Shown here in pieces: positions 1 to 14,010 of a DNA stretch of 64,000 bases; within the stretch, counting starts at the first letter, position 1; each line of letters begins with the position of its first letter. The notes under the pieces are model-generated. The model did not search any database. It saw nothing but the letters and a program-made list of their open reading frames with translations, and was not told the origin of the DNA. The position numbers and the translations under genes are program-made. This DNA comes from Eledone cirrhosa (lineage: Eukaryota), in NCBI GenBank assembly GCA_964016885.1, contig OZ024740.1, forward strand, positions 172,236,001 to 172,300,000. Direction: 5' to 3'.

Positions 1-497
1 GTTGAATGTCATAGGTTTTGAGACTTTCTCGTCGACACGTTATAGTTTCTCTCTTGCTACTGGTGTTGTTGTTGATTTTATTACTAACAAAGTATTTGAT
101 GTAACCAATGTTGATGTTCGACATGTTATTGTTGTTGTTGCTGTTGTTCATAAGCCCCAAGTTATCCCCGATTGAACAGAACCATGATCAGAAGCATTCA
201 GACTCAGGACATCTCAGCTAGTGTATTTTTTTTAAATACCAGGATGTGATTTGAAAGAAATTTGGCTGCTATTTCTAGCAGGTGGATTGACAGCTTAAAT
301 ATTTCCTCATTATAGTAAAGGTTGTAGTGATTGTGGTAATATTTCTATGGGTTGGGTGAAGATCTATTTATAACCGTTTTAGTCTCTGGGAGTGGTAGTA
401 ACATCCTTATGTTGTTTACCTGGGTAAATAGATTAATGATATTGGTAGAGCTTCTGCAAATGTTGGTGATAGCAGTGACGACACTAATATATTAGTA

Positions 498-686
498 CGG
501 TGAATTGGCAGTATCGGTAGAGGGTCGGACGCCATGCTTTCCAGCATAGTTACGTCCCTTTACGGTCTGAGTCCAAATCCCGTCGAGGTTAACTTTTCCT
601 TTCATCCTTACGGGGTCGATACAATAAAGTACCAGTAATGTACTGGATAATTGCTGGCCTTGTGCCAAAAGTAGAAACAACTATTA
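498..686 (+). mobile_element. tRNA-derived SINE with Deu/Nin-like central domain (dominant family, full copy)
   Basis: A-box-like TGGCAGTATCGGTAGAG, B-box-like GAGT(T/C)CAAATCCC, core (G)CCTTTCATCCTTACGGGGTCGATA, tail GGCCTTGTGCCAAAAGTAGAAACAA+(TTA)n; about 11 copies in window. Confidence 0.85.
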
Positions 687-1856
687 GTGGTGGTGGTGTT
701 TATCATATTAATACTGGTGGTAGTTGTGATGGTGGTGGCTTTGATGTGGCAATGTTACTGGTTATGTTAGTGATAGTTTGAACTGGTCGTTAATTGTTAA
801 GATGTCTACATTGGCAATAGAGGCTCAAAAGATTATGACAGCGCTAGTTGATGTTTTGTAATAGTAGTAATAGTAATTGAAGGAATGGAAGTGGCGGTAA
901 TGGACCGTTAGCTCTCATTAAGGATGGGTAACATCAGTTTATTCATCATCTCCTATTCAAACACATACAAAATTTCCAGAAATAGAACGAGTGGCCTCAC
1001 TTAATCACTAATTAGAAATGGTTGTTGTTGTTGTTGATGATGATGATGTTGTTGTTTTTGACAATGATAATATTTACATAATCAATCATTTTCTAATTTT
1101 AGATTTCTATTACTACTATTACGTGGGCAGAGAGACATGATTACCATAGACACACTAAAGGAATGTAAATACGGTCATAAACCTTTTCCTATACTAAATA
1201 AAAACAGAATCGGTCAGAGAAACAGGAAATACAGAAAAGTATGTAGCCGGATGACTGATAAAACCCTAGATGAAAAGTGACAAACCTTATTCAGAACATG
1301 TGCCCACATCAGGGATAACCTGAACAAAATCCCTCAATGTTTGAGCAACAAATTATATTTATTTGTATTCTACTAATTATTTTATGGAGAAAGAGATACA
1401 AAACTTGAGAAGCTTGTTTAGGCTCCCTGTCATAATGTTAATCACAGGCAATACCAGTAAACTCAGAAATCAAAAAAAGTATATATATTGCCACTTTGAC
1501 ATGATAGCCACTTGTTACTAACAATAATTTTTTAAAGCAGTGTATCACTAAGCTCACAGATCCTCTCCTCAGGTGACAGATAACAAATTCAAGGTTGTCA
1601 GTTTTGTTGTCTCTATTAAAACCTGTAACACAAAATTATATCTCTCATGTACCAAATGTTTTTGCATGGGTACACGTCCCATAGGTTCCCCACTTATGTT
1701 CTAGGTAACACGAGTGAAGTTTTGTTGTTATAGGAGTTCTAGTAGCAACAACACTCACACACTAGTACGACCCCAGTACCATTTTTGTTCAACTTTGGTA
1801 CTTATTTTATTGATCTCTATTCGTCCAAAAGTAAACGTTAATATATACACAGCCAA

Positions 1857-2146
<290 letters not shown>

Positions 2147-2272
2147 AAAGCTGGTTGAGGAATTAAGAGAAATTATATTTCTAACCAGAATAGGGGAGTA
2201 TAAGATGACTGTCAATTTCGATTTTGAAAAACCCTTCCTCAAAATCCTTGAAGGTTGAAAAGAGCGTGTTAA

Positions 2273-2569
2273 CATCGGCGTAACTAGGGTATGGCAAGCA
2301 TGGCACGTGCCACAGGCACTACATGAAGGGAACGCCACTTGGACTAGGAAACGTTCTATTAAAGTCAAGTAAACCTCGTCGAAGAGTGAAAAAAGAAACT
2401 CTTTCAGATGTATGGTGTGTCTCTGATTATCATGGGTGAGAACACTGTGGTGGCTGGATCATTAAACAATTTATATAAATTATTAGGCCCATAGGTAAAA
2501 TTACTGTGCTGGGCAGGGGCGCAATTTCACTGCTTGCTATAGGCGCTATTTTCCCTAGTTATGCCTCTG
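2273..2569. mobile_element. hAT-like MITE
   Basis: Imperfect TIR CATCGGCGTAACTAGGG ... CCCTAGTTATGCCTCTG; no intact 8-bp TSD. Confidence 0.5.
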
Positions 2570-3974
2570 CAAAACAGAAGTCCGCTGGACAATATTCTAA
2601 ATGTAATATTATCCAACATAAGAGTGGCAACAGTTCATATTCACTACAGACTGACAGTACATAATGTTCTCTATATCTAACTGGAGAAGGAAAGAAATAA
2701 GCAACCTAGTTTCAAATGCCACACGGATCTGACAAGGAGAAAGATTTATACAAATATCGAAATGTCACATTGAATAGCGGTAAATTTATTAAAGTTATCT
2801 CGCTAAATAAAGTTATATAAAGAAAATGATTACACCAAGCACATGTCAACAAATATTTAGAAATAAATTAGTTCGATATAGTAAAACACTTGTAAAAGAA
2901 AAAATGTCGGAAAGGATACTTAGTGCACATTAGTTGGAAAACTAAATAGCACGCACAAAAATGATAGGTGTCAATACTGTCCTTGTAATGAGATAGAGGT
3001 ATGATATATTCAAGAAGAAGGAAGGTTAATTCGAGACTATTGATATTTGATATTATTAGTAAGGTTATCTAAAGCAGATATTTAACAGAACATTTTCAGG
3101 TCTTTCCGAGACTGGTGGAAGGAAGGGTATAAGTTATCCTCAAACTGGAGACCTGGTCTGAATGCTAGCAACAGAGGGGGTTCCGCTAAAATCATTCAAG
3201 TGGTGGTGTTTAATCGAATGACACATTTTGTTATTTGAGATGGGATACAAAGAAGTCAATACGTCACACATATTGCCACAAATCAGTTAATACGTCTTCC
3301 ACATACAGTATATATCTAGCCACTTGACTTTATTGAGCAAGTGAGCTAGTATCTAAGCGGGCTCAAGACTACCTGCATTTATACATTTGTTTCTGTGTAC
3401 GGCCTTATTGATAGAAGTAAAAAATGAAAGAGGTGAATGTGAGAGAAGGCAGATAATTCCTTGTCCTCGTCAAGAAGGTGACTCTTGCAAGTTATTTCTA
3501 AAAGGATCTTCGATCTATAACATTTTTACGTTCCATGTAATATGGGAGCTTTGTTCTTAGTGTCTAGTAGAAGCATTCCGATGACGTTAGCTGAAGTTTT
3601 GTGGCAGAGCTTCTCAAATCTCCACCCATTTTTCTATGGTTTTCATTATGCTGTGCTATGCATTCCATTAACTCGATGTTCTCTCAACTTACAAATGAGA
3701 AATTAGTGGAGACTGGTTTTTATGTTTTATTCTTAGTGCTGCTGCTGTTCTTGTTTTTTGTTTCGCTGTTTTCGGGTTTAACTGTTGTTGTTATTGTGGT
3801 AGTGGTAACAATGTTGATACATGTAGTGTGGGTCTGTAGCTGACATTCATTTGGGCGGTTTTCAGATTAGGTCAGCCTTATTTTATTTCCAGTTTCTCTC
3901 TATTTTTTTCTTCACCCCCACACAGTCCTCTTGCGATGATATTTTCGTTGAATGACGAGATCACCAATAAAGTG

Positions 3975-4200
3975 ATATTGATGGTGATGATGATGATGAT
4001 GATGATGACGAAGATGATGATGACGACGACGATGAAGATGATGATGATGATGAGAATGGCGACAACGATGATGAAAATGACAACGAGACATTGATAATAA
4101 TGATAATGATGACGGCGACTACGCCAATGACGGGGATAATGATGAGAATGACGATAACAATGATAACGATGATGATGACAACGATGACGATGAGGACGAC
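3975..4200. repeat. degenerate (GAT/GAC)n trinucleotide repeat
   Basis: Directly visible. Confidence 0.9.
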
Positions 4201-4502
4201 ATAGAGAACATTTTAAAAGGTTTATCATATTTCGAATACCAAACGCATTCTGTTTCATTTTGTTTGAATCAATAATTTATTAATCTCTGTTTCTAGAATA
4301 GGTTTCGAAATTCGCTTTGAAATATTTATTAAATCTGATTTTCTTTCCCTATTATTATTATTATTATTTAAACTCGACAAAGACAGACTAGCTGTCGAAA
4401 TATCGTTGAACAAATCTATTGCAATCACATCGTATTGTCTATTTACCTTTGTCAAGAGTTACGCCAATCCTTTTAAAATATTATTATTATTATAACTTTA
4501 CC

Positions 4503-4808
4503 GGGTGTGGATTGGCAGTATCGGTAGAGAGTCGGACGCCATGCTTTCCAGCATAGTTACGTCCCTTTACGGTCTGAGTTCAAATCCCGCCGAGGTTAAC
4601 TTTGCCTTTCATCCTTACGGGGTCGATAAAATAAAGTAGCAGTAATACACTGGGCAATTGCTGGCCTTGTGCCAAAAGTAGAAACAATTATTATTATAAC
4701 TTTGCCTTTCATCCTTACAGGGTCGATAAAATAAAGTACCAGTAATGTACTGTAATAATTGCTGGCCTTGTGCCAAAAGTAGAAACAATTATTATTATTA
4801 TTATTATT
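4503..4808 (+). mobile_element. SINE copy plus tandem 3' partial copy
   Basis: Full copy 4503-4697 followed by repeated core+tail 4697-4808 ending in (ATT)n. Confidence 0.85.
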
Positions 4809-5777
4809 GGAGTCTCTCATTGATGTTATTTAACTGGAAAGTTTGTTCAAATGAATTTCAAGCCGCTACCTGCAGCCCCAGATATTCAGGACGTATCGGA
4901 GGGTTCTTGCTGTTCCCAGCAAGCATGCCTTTTGAAGTGTTCCAAAAAAAGGGGGCTGGACTAATGTTCTTTAACCATCCTTGAAAACTCTTTGAGATAG
5001 TACCTAGTGCGCCTATGACAATCGGGACGACCTTGACAGTTCCAAATCCTTTTTAATTCCCACTTTAAATCCTGGTATCGGTTAATTTTCTCCTTCTCCT
5101 TTTCTTGCGCCCTTGTGTCAAAGGGGGAGGCTACATCTACAATTACGCACGATCTTTTTTCCTTGTCCAAAACCACCTGGTCAGGCCTATGGTGTTCTAA
5201 TTTCTTGTCTGTCTGTATCCTGAAATCCGATCGCACCTTCATTTGATCGTTTTCTATCATCGATTCTGGCTTATGCTCATACCACTTCTCAGAATGTGGT
5301 ATATTATTTAGTTTGCATAAATGCCAGTGAATCACCCTTCCTATTATATCATGTCTCCAGCCTTTATAGTGAGTCTGGGCTAGGTGTTTACATTCGGATA
5401 CGATGTGGGCCACAGTCTGCTCTCTCTCTTCACAGATCCTACAGAGTGAGCTAGCCTCCTCCTTGTCAATATAGTGTTTCACACACTTCGTTCTGAGGGC
5501 CTGCTCCTGTGCAGCCATTAGCATTCCTTCTGTAGCTTTTTTTAAGGCGTCCTCTTTTTAACCAGCTCCATGTCTGTGGATCGCTGAATTCCGTTTTTTT
5601 AAAGAAGGTGCTACGAAGGGATTTTTCACAAAGGCTGCTCTTCCTCTTTATTGTTACTTCCTCCTTCGACGCGTCCCCTGGTCTATTGTCTTCTCTTTCA
5701 GTACAACTTTGAGCATTGGCTCCCTATTCTCATTCACATATTTGCGCAGACTACTTTTCTCCATCTGAACACAGTCC
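4809..5777 (-). mobile_element. R4/Dong-like RLE non-LTR retrotransposon, 5'-truncated 3' fragment
   Basis: ORF 4961-5524: AAQEQAL, CRIC..E...HIVSEC (CCHC), RHD, RPDxVVLD...VDVAxP restriction-like endonuclease; 3' end in (TAA)n, the known Dong target. Confidence 0.85.
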
Positions 5778-5922
5778 GGCCCTTTACGATTTGAGTTCAA
5801 ATCCCGCCGAGGTTAACTTTGCCTTTCATCCTTACGAGGGTCGATAAAATAAAGTACTATTAATGTACTGGAATAATTGCTGGCCTTGTGCCAAAAGTAG
5901 AAACAATTATTATTATTATTAT
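5778..5922 (+). mobile_element. 5'-truncated SINE copy
   Basis: B-box, core and (ATT)n tail as in other copies. Confidence 0.85.
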
Positions 5923-6139
5923 TGGCGACCTACGTAGGAAATCGTATTATCGGGAGCTCCACAAAGGTTTGTTGTTTTCAGTTGTTTGAAATTGCCAGTT
6001 ATGGAAAAGTTTTGTTGTTAAGTGTTTATAAGTTCATATATATTACTTTCTGAAAAGGACACTCAATAATATTGGGGCCTTGAGCCCAAAATTTAAACTT
6101 TATTTTATCAAAAAAATTTTCTTTGAAAAAAACAAAAAC

Positions 6140-8117
6140 ATGGACGAAATAGAGTCACCCAAATTTGCTGACAGTGTTTCTAACAGATTAACATCTCCCA
6201 CCATCACCACAATTGTAAACCTTGCTACGATTGCCAAGACTGAAAATATAAGTAATAGCAGTGGCAATTATTTAGATTTATCACATGCAGACATAGATTT
6301 CCCACCATTACCAATGTCTGCAGGTGTTAAAGCCGTCACCTCCACCACCACAATGTTGAAAAGAACAACCAACACCACTGATACCCCCACAACTACCACC
6401 ACCACCACAGCAACAACTGAAACAAAAAATAAATTATTATCTCGTGATATCGAAATGGATTCTCCGAAAATCGACTCTTCCACGCCGAACGCCACTGACA
6501 CCACCACCACAACTGAAACTATAAAATAATAATAACAAAAATAACAATAACAACAACAGCAACAATAGCGCAAAACCAAGTGCGTCGTTTGCTAAAGCGG
6601 CAAACAAAAATGAAACGGTTGAGGTAAGCCAGGAAGAATTGAATGAAGCCAAGCGAATGGTAAAAAAATATGGTTACAGGGTCAGCCCCCCCCCCCCCCC
6701 CCACACACACACAACACACACACACACTCTCCATCTAATACCATATCGCACGATAAACATTAAAACACGCCGAGTGGAACGGGCATCCGAGTCCCAGATA
6801 CAAAAATCTTTGAGACATGTGTGGGCTCAAAAAACCCACATCAGACGTGGGCAAAAATATGGAACTGTGGACGTGTTCTTTGGAACCCCACAGGAAGCCA
6901 GAGAGCACTCCATGGCCCCATTAAAAAGTTATGAGTTCACACTCGTCCCAAGCTATATTTGTGGTCAGAGGCTGGTAAGGATCAGGGTGACCCAGGTTCC
7001 ACCGGCCATTGAAATTCCCTAGCTAATGGCTGCCGTCCTCGCCGACATCGAGGCCGACACTAAAGTAATTGAAGTGATAAAAGTAAAGCAGGAGAACTGG
7101 TCCGGCTCTGGGATGGAGCTCCTGATCCAAGCGGACCAAAAAAACATACAGGAAATTCCAGAAGTGATAGACCTCAATGACGGCAGCCACCTCACCGTAA
7201 TCGTTGAGGGTAGAAGGCCTAGGTGTGTCGTTTGTGGCGAAGGAACCCACCTAAAGGCTTTCTGCCCTCAGGCTAAAAAGTTGAGGCCACCTCTCTTGCC
7301 CACCCCAGTGACTCAACCATCAAAACTAACAGCATAAATGGCAGCAACAACTGTAGCAGCAACAACAGAAGCAACTGTAGCAGCAACAACCCCAGCAAAT
7401 GTAGCAGCAATAGTAGCAAAACCAACACCACCACCACCCACCGCGCCAGAATTAGCACCAGCGCCTCCACCATACACCACGCCACAACCAAAGCCAACGC
7501 CTGTGGAGGATTGCGACGATGAGGAGGAGTGGGAAACTGTATCTGAAAAACAGAAAAAAAAGAAACCCAAAAAGAAAAAAATCCTCTTCCTTCGCCCTCC
7601 AAAAACAAAATGCAGGACGAAACAAACAAACAAACAAACTAACAAAAAAGTTAAGATAGGTATGTCACTACTCACACCAGCATCACCAGCCCCATCACCA
7701 CAAACAGCATCACCATCATTAACCCCAACATCACCATCACCAACACCACAAAAATCACCAACAAGCGAAACAGAAACAAACCCACAACAAACGCAAATAA
7801 AACAAAGCAGCCAAAACGATACACACTACACAGAATTAAATTTGAACAACAACCAATTATTACACTACATTCAACACAAGACCAGCATCACAGAAAAAGA
7901 CTATACAACACCTCAAAAATTCACACCACCCCCACACATACAAATCACTCGCATCACACAGAAAACATACACGACACTAAAATTAAAATTCCCCAAGGAC
8001 ATCGGAGACTTCCGACAAACACTTTCCAGGAGGATTTATAAAGACATCCTTCCGGAGGGGGCCACAAACAGTGAGAAGGACGGAAAAACCATCCTTTCTC
8101 CACAAGAAGCGAGGTAA
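6140..8117 (+). pseudogene. LINE ORF1 (gag-like; RRM-like region, CCHC zinc knuckle, Pro/Thr-rich tail), disrupted
   Basis: Pieces 6080-6529, 6639-7022, 7026-7337 (CVVCGEGTHLKAFC), 7338-8117. Confidence 0.75.
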
Positions 8118-8152
8118 GTAGTCTTTCCCATCTTTTTCCACTCCTTTTCAAC

Positions 8153-11100
8153 ATGACCTTACTCAGAATAGGCAGCATAAATGCGCGTGGCTGGGGTCGT
8201 CATGGAAGCAGGGCCACCTGCTCGACGACCTCAGGTCACTAAACATAGATGTGGTGGGAATCAGTGAGACCAGAATCTCCGAAGCACGAGCCTTCGCACC
8301 GATCTTCGACGGCTACAATGTGTAAGCATCTCCCAGCCGTCCAGGATCGAGGGAGGAGTTGCTGTGCTTTTCGGGAGAGGCTTGGATTTCGCCATACGGG
8401 CCATCTTCCTGGACCCAGAAGGTAAGTTAGTGGTGCTGAACGTGACCAGCAGAGACGGGCAAGCTTTCATGCTAGTGGCCGTCTATGCCCTGGAGACCTT
8501 TCTTGGAACGTCCCGCTCTTTAGTGTTAGTGGGCGACTGGAACGGGATCTTAGATGCACGCTGGGACTGTGTGGGATTAACGAAAAGGGGAGGGGGGTGT
8601 AAAAGCCTCGACAACCTGCTCAGACGATTTCAGCTGTCTGACAGGTAACGTCTGGATTTCCCGACTGTGCCAATGTGGACTTGGACAAACCGTATCGGGT
8701 CATCCCGATCATATCTAGATAGGGTATTTTGTAGGGAAATAGATAGGTCTAGCATAGGCTGTCCACAATTCAAAATAGTCGACTACACGGACCACAAATT
8801 CGGGATCTGTGAGGTTGACTTAGATAGGCTTCATAGACAGAGACCCGGCTACTGGAAGCTAAACGCGTCGTTAACACCGCGCATGGCCTACAGAGACTGG
8901 ATTAGCGAACAAGTTAAGCGGGAGTTGACGGGGGCCATTGTCAACAACAAATGGTCGTTTGCTCTGAAAAGAGCGATTAGAATAGAGTCCATTAGGTTTA
9001 GTAAGGCGTTAGCAATAGAGAAAAATAGAGCAGAGGGAGAGCTAATTAGAAAGTTAGAAAATTAGACGAGGCGCTTAGTAAAGGCATCGCGTAGGCGTGC
9101 TTGCGGCGAAATTGCTCCTCGAGCAATTCGTCAATGCAAAGCACGAAGGCTGCGTTCTCAGAGCTAGGGTGCGTGCTCTCAGACACGAGAGGACGAAAGC
9201 CGTTCAATGGGCCCGAGTGGCGGAAGCGCGTCGTGGCAACAAAGCCACGATCTGGTCTTTGGTGGACCACGACGGGCGCATGCTACTCGATCCCGAGCAA
9301 ATGTGTGAAGCTGTTCGGGGGGCAGCGGCGGGCCGGATCGCGGGATGGACTTTAGTGCCTACCTCGACGGACTGCCGCCGCACTCGGCCACCGAGGCGGA
9401 GTGTTGCGAAAAGCCGATAACAACCGCTGAAGTACGGAGGCAATGATTGGCTGCACAAGAAGTAAATCGCCTGGTTTGGATGGTCTGCCCTACGAACTTT
9501 ACGTACACATGCCAGACTTGTTCGGACACCTCTTGGCGGACGTCTACTGCAACTGGCAACAGAACGGGAGAATTCCCAGCTCTGTGAGCCGAGGAGCGGT
9601 GGCGCTGCTAAGAAAGGATCCGAATAAGGGGGATAACATAAATAAGTTCAGGCCCATAACTCTGTTAAACACAGAGTTCAAGATTTTGGTCAAGGTACTA
9701 GCAAAGAGGTTGGCGCTTGTCGTTGGTGGTCTGGTGGGAGAGGCGCAGACATGCGCCATCACAGACAGATCCCTCTACGACAACCTCCACCTCATGCGAT
9801 ACATCGTGGAGAGGGTAGCTAGGGAACCTGTCACGGGTGGGCCCTTGATCAATTTAATTTAGACCAGTCGAATGCTTTCGATAGGGTCGACCATCGTTAT
9901 CTGGCGGCAGTCCTGAGGGCGGCTGTCTTTGGGCCCGTCATCAGAAGCTGGATCGCTGCCATGCACAGCCACATCTGCTTGGTGATGAGAACGGTCACCT
10001 TTCGGAACCGTTCACATAATGCGCTAGGTCCACCAAGAATGTCCCCTCTCGTCCCTCTTGTACGTATTGACTCTCGAGCCATTACTGCACAAACTGGAGA
10101 CGTTGAGGAGGCTCCTGCGCGAACTGAGATGCGGAGGATCCGTGTCAGCATATGCAGACAGTGTCACTGTAGTGGTGTCGAACGCCAAACACATTGAGGC
10201 GATCAGCACTACATTAAGAGAATACGAGGTGGTAACAGGAGCAATAATCAACCAGGAAATGTCGGTGGGCCTGCAACTCGGCGCCTTGAGAAACAGGTCC
10301 ATGCCGTCTAACAGCGTCATCGGGCACTGGACCGACGGACCGGTTAAATTGTTAGGGGACTGGTGCGGTCCAGACATCCAGACGGAAAAAAAACTGGGAC
10401 GAGGTGACGAGCAGGCTGGCTTCTCTCGCCCAGAAATGGGCCGAGAGGAAGCTATCCCTGAAAGATCGAGCGGAGGTGGCTAACGCGTACATCGCGTCCG
10501 TTATCTACTACCACCTGGCCGTTGTGCTTTGTCCTAAGCCTCGCCTGACTGCGCTGGAACGTTTGCTCTTTCGCTTTTTGTGGAAGGGACGCGCTCCGAT
10601 GGTCTGGCGGTCCATCTGCTGTCAACACTCGCTACGTGGAGGGCTGGGCGTGCCGTGGCTGATGATGCGCAGACACGCGCTCAGGCTACGACATCTCCAC
10701 CTCTTCCTCGACGGTGATCAGATGTGGTCGCCGTTTGTTAGACGCGTGTTTCCCCAGCTCGTCTCCTTGACAGAGCTGCAGTCCTGGGTCAAACGAGGAC
10801 CGAGAGGGACCGCTTGGAGACTGGAATGTCTTCAGGCGCTCACAGCCTCGACCAGTCGGGAAATGCGATCGGTGGAAACTGCACCTCAGCGTTCTATAGA
10901 GGATTAGTGGAGGGGAAGAGCGACGACGTACTTGGAGAGACTCTGGGCGTCGACGAAAATCAACTAGCCAATCTCATCGGCCAGGGCCTATGGACAACTT
11001 CCCGAAATCCCTGGCCTGGCAGTGCTACCGAGGTGCTTTGCCAGTTCGGGATAAACTCTACAGGCATGGAAGTTCCGTCAGACAGGCATGTCCGAGATTT

Positions 11101-11490
11101 GCGCAGAGCGATGAAACCGTCCTGGATGCACTCGTCCAGTGTCCGAGCATTGCTGGCTTGTGGGCTTATGTCGAACACCTGCTGTCGCTTTTAGGACGGA
11201 TCCGGCTATCAGCTGAGTCCATCGTGTGGATTGCCCCGCCCTCCTCCTTTATCCGGGAAGGGCAGGCAGTTTTTATCTGTCTGGAAGCCATGGCGAAAGA
11301 GATAGTATGGTGGACGCGTTTGAAAGGGCTGAAGACGAGCACTTACCTCTTCGGTGATGCCGTGATTAACTTCTTCAAATTTCATTTGAAAAGGAAAATC
11401 AGGGTAGAGAGGGAAGTGCTCTCTTCCCAGCATTTTGTTGAAAGATGGGTGAGAAATGAAACAATGGTCCGAGTATGTGCCTGTAAATTG
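8153..11490 (+). pseudogene. LINE ORF2 (APE endonuclease + reverse transcriptase + C-terminal zinc region), frameshifted
   Basis: MTLLRIGSINARG, GDWN, SYLDR, TDH, YWKLN, KSPGLDGLPYE, FRPITLLN, AFDRVDH, CPLVPL, AYADS, CPR...ETVLDALVQC. Confidence 0.9.
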
Positions 11491-11718
11491 AAGGTGGAAA
11501 ACTGGGAGAGGGCACTTGTCCTTGTGGTCAGGGTCACCGTAGCTTTTTTTAATGGGCTTTCTCCACGAATGGCCCTCGGAAGTCTCCCCCTATTGGGGAA
11601 TTTTTCATTGTTTCTTTTTTTGTTACATCCTCTGCTTTTGTTTTTTTTACACGCAGAAATGCCCTTTGTACCGTCCTGTATTGTCCTTAATGTCTTACTT
11701 TGTGTAAACCCCTGTGGT

Positions 11719-12795
11719 TCAAGAAAGCATTTGGTCGCCGTTTATCAGACGGGCCTTTTCGCAGCTCGTTTCTTTGACTGAGCTGCAGTCCTGAGTCAAG
11801 AAGAGACCGAGACTGGGTGACTGGCACCTGGAATGTTGCCAGGCACCCACTTCCCTCTACCAAGCAGGCAATGCGATCAGTGGAACTTCCACTCTCGAGT
11901 TCTATAGAGGATTAGTGGTGGGCAAGTGCGATGATGCACTCGGAGAAGCTTTGGCCTCGACGAAGTCGAACTGACCAGTCTGTACCGGAGGACTTTCGAG
12001 CCGGGGACGATGGATAATTTCCAGAAATCCCTCGCTTGGCAGTGCTACCGGGGGGCCTGACGGTTCGGGATAAACTCTACAGTCACAGAAGTGCTCTCAG
12101 ACGGACTTGCCCAAGATGCGCACAGAGCGACGAAACCGTTCTGCACGCACTTGTCCAATGTCCGTACATTACTGACTTGTGGAGTTATGTCGAACAGCTA
12201 CTGTCGCATGTGGAACGGATCCGGCTATCGGCCGAGTCCATAGTGAAGATATACCCGCCGCCTTCCTTAGGTCAGGAAGAGCAGGCAATTTTCCTCTGTC
12301 TGGTGGCCGTTGCGAAAGAGGTTATATGGTGGGCCAGATTAAAAGGACTGAAGACAGACACTTTTCTCTTTGGCCAATCCCTCATCAACTTCTTCAAGTT
12401 TCACCTGGAAAGGAAGGTGAGGAAGGAGAGAAAAGTGCCCCCACCCCAGAACATTTGATTAAAGGTGCATGAATGTGGCGAGAATGGTCCATGTGAATGA
12501 GCCTACTCTGACCATGCGCCTATAGGCTAGCTAACTTGAGGAGAGGGTTGCTCTCCCTGGGTGCCATAGAAGCGCAGGGTGGTTCAGTATTGGTGGGGTA
12601 CCTGAGTGAACCCTGGGTCGTCCACCCCCTATAGGGGAATTTATTTTGTTATATTTATGCTTAGTTTATTTTATATTTTTATATCTTCATTGTTAAATTA
12701 GTCTTGCCATTGTGCACTTTTACTCGACCTTATTGTATACCCCCACTGTCCCTGTCTTTGTATTGCCCTTGTGGGTAATAAATGAAATCATTATT
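11719..12795 (+). mobile_element. second Tx1-like LINE 3' fragment in tandem
   Basis: Diverged paralogue of 10720-11715; ORF 12036-12458 CPRC...HALVQC; ends AATAAATGAAATC + ATT repeats. Confidence 0.85.
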
Positions 12796-12821
12796 GTGAT
12801 TATTATTATTTTTATTATGGC

Positions 12822-13025
12822 ATGGCAGTAGATTGGCAGTATCGGTAGAGGGTCGGACGCCATGCTTTGACGCATAGAGTTACGGCCCTTTATGGTCTGA
12901 GCTGAAATCCCGCCAAGGTTAACTTTGCCTTTCATCCTTACGGGGTCGATAAAATAAAGAACCAATAATACACTGGGATGATTGCTGGCCTTGTGCCAAA
13001 GGTAAAAACAATTATTATTATTTTT
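12822..13025 (+). mobile_element. SINE copy
   Basis: Same head/core/tail. Confidence 0.85.
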
Positions 13026-13983
13026 ATTTTCTTTCATTATTGTTTCTGAGATATATGCCGAGTGTCTTCCTGACACCTAGGCCAAATAAATTCACAGTGT
13101 GCATTGGTTAGCCAGTTAATACAGCACATTGATTATAATTAAAAAAAACAGTATACATATATACACATGTGCATATGCATATGTAAATACAAGGAGGGAT
13201 ATCAATCTTACAGAGATAGTGCTCTTCTCAATAAGTGTGCGGTACCAGTGAAAACAATTTTTTGCACCTCGTGCAGAGAGGGTAATCCAGGAATCATTCG
13301 CAAATATTGTTGTGTTCCTTTCTTGATCATTCCCAGTCCCCCCACAATCACTGGTATTGTAACGGCCTTGAGGTGCCACATTTTCTCAATTACGATAAGC
13401 AGATCTTTATATTTTCGTAGCTTGTCAAATTCTTTTGCCGCGATATTGTGATCACATGGGATGCTCATATCTATCAATAAACAGACCTTGTTATGTTGAT
13501 CTTTTACAATGATGTCAGGTCTATTTGCTTTTATGGTCCTGTCCATATATACAGGAAAGTGCCAGAGAATTGTTTCTTTTTTTCCATTAGTCACAGCCTC
13601 AGGAGGATGATTGTACCACTTGTCTTCAGCTTTGATTTTGTAACGCCGACATATTACCCAGTGTAGATATTGGCCAACTCTGTCATGTCTATATTTGTAT
13701 TCTACTGGTGCTAAAACTTTACATCCAGAGACTAAGTGATCCACTGTTTCAACCCCAGCATTGCAGAATCGGCACTTTGAGTTTATTCCGTTTCTCATCA
13801 CATTGACCTGGTAATTACGAGTCAATAAGCTTTGATCTTGGGCAGCTAAGATGAAGCCTTCACTCTCCGCCTTTAGCCCTGAACTATGTAGCCACTGGTG
13901 GGTTTGCTTTTGGTCAACAGCAGCTTGTTTGCTACGGGCCACACATTTGCCATGCAGAGGTTTCTGCTCCCAATTTGATGCTA
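13026..13983 (-). mobile_element. R4/Dong-like RLE LINE 3' fragment (second family)
   Basis: ORF 13208-13942: AAQDQSL, CRFC...ETVDHLVSGC, RHD, RPDIIV, LIDMSIP, EFDKLRKY; flanked by (ATT)n. Confidence 0.85.
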
Positions 13984-14010
13984 ATTATTATTATTATTAT
14001 TATTATTATT

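Larger units (their letters stand above)
5923..11718 (+). mobile_element. Tx1/L1-clade LINE, near full length, decayed
   Basis: 5'UTR, ORF1 with zinc knuckle, ORF2 with APE-RT-zf-RVT-like region, T-rich 3'UTR. Confidence 0.9.

Noticed and set aside
1543-1578. Minus-strand TCAC-CTGAGGA...GTGA hammerhead-like motif
   Set aside because: GAAA box absent (GTGA) and stem II poor.
3880-3975. Polypyrimidine tract + CAG as possible host exon acceptor
   Set aside because: No convincing donor or recognisable peptide; runs into (GAT)n.
5778-13025. Same-orientation SINEs flanking the Tx1 element as pseudo-LTRs
   Set aside because: SINE is abundant, the two copies differ in length and sequence, and the internal ORF2 is APE-type non-LTR.
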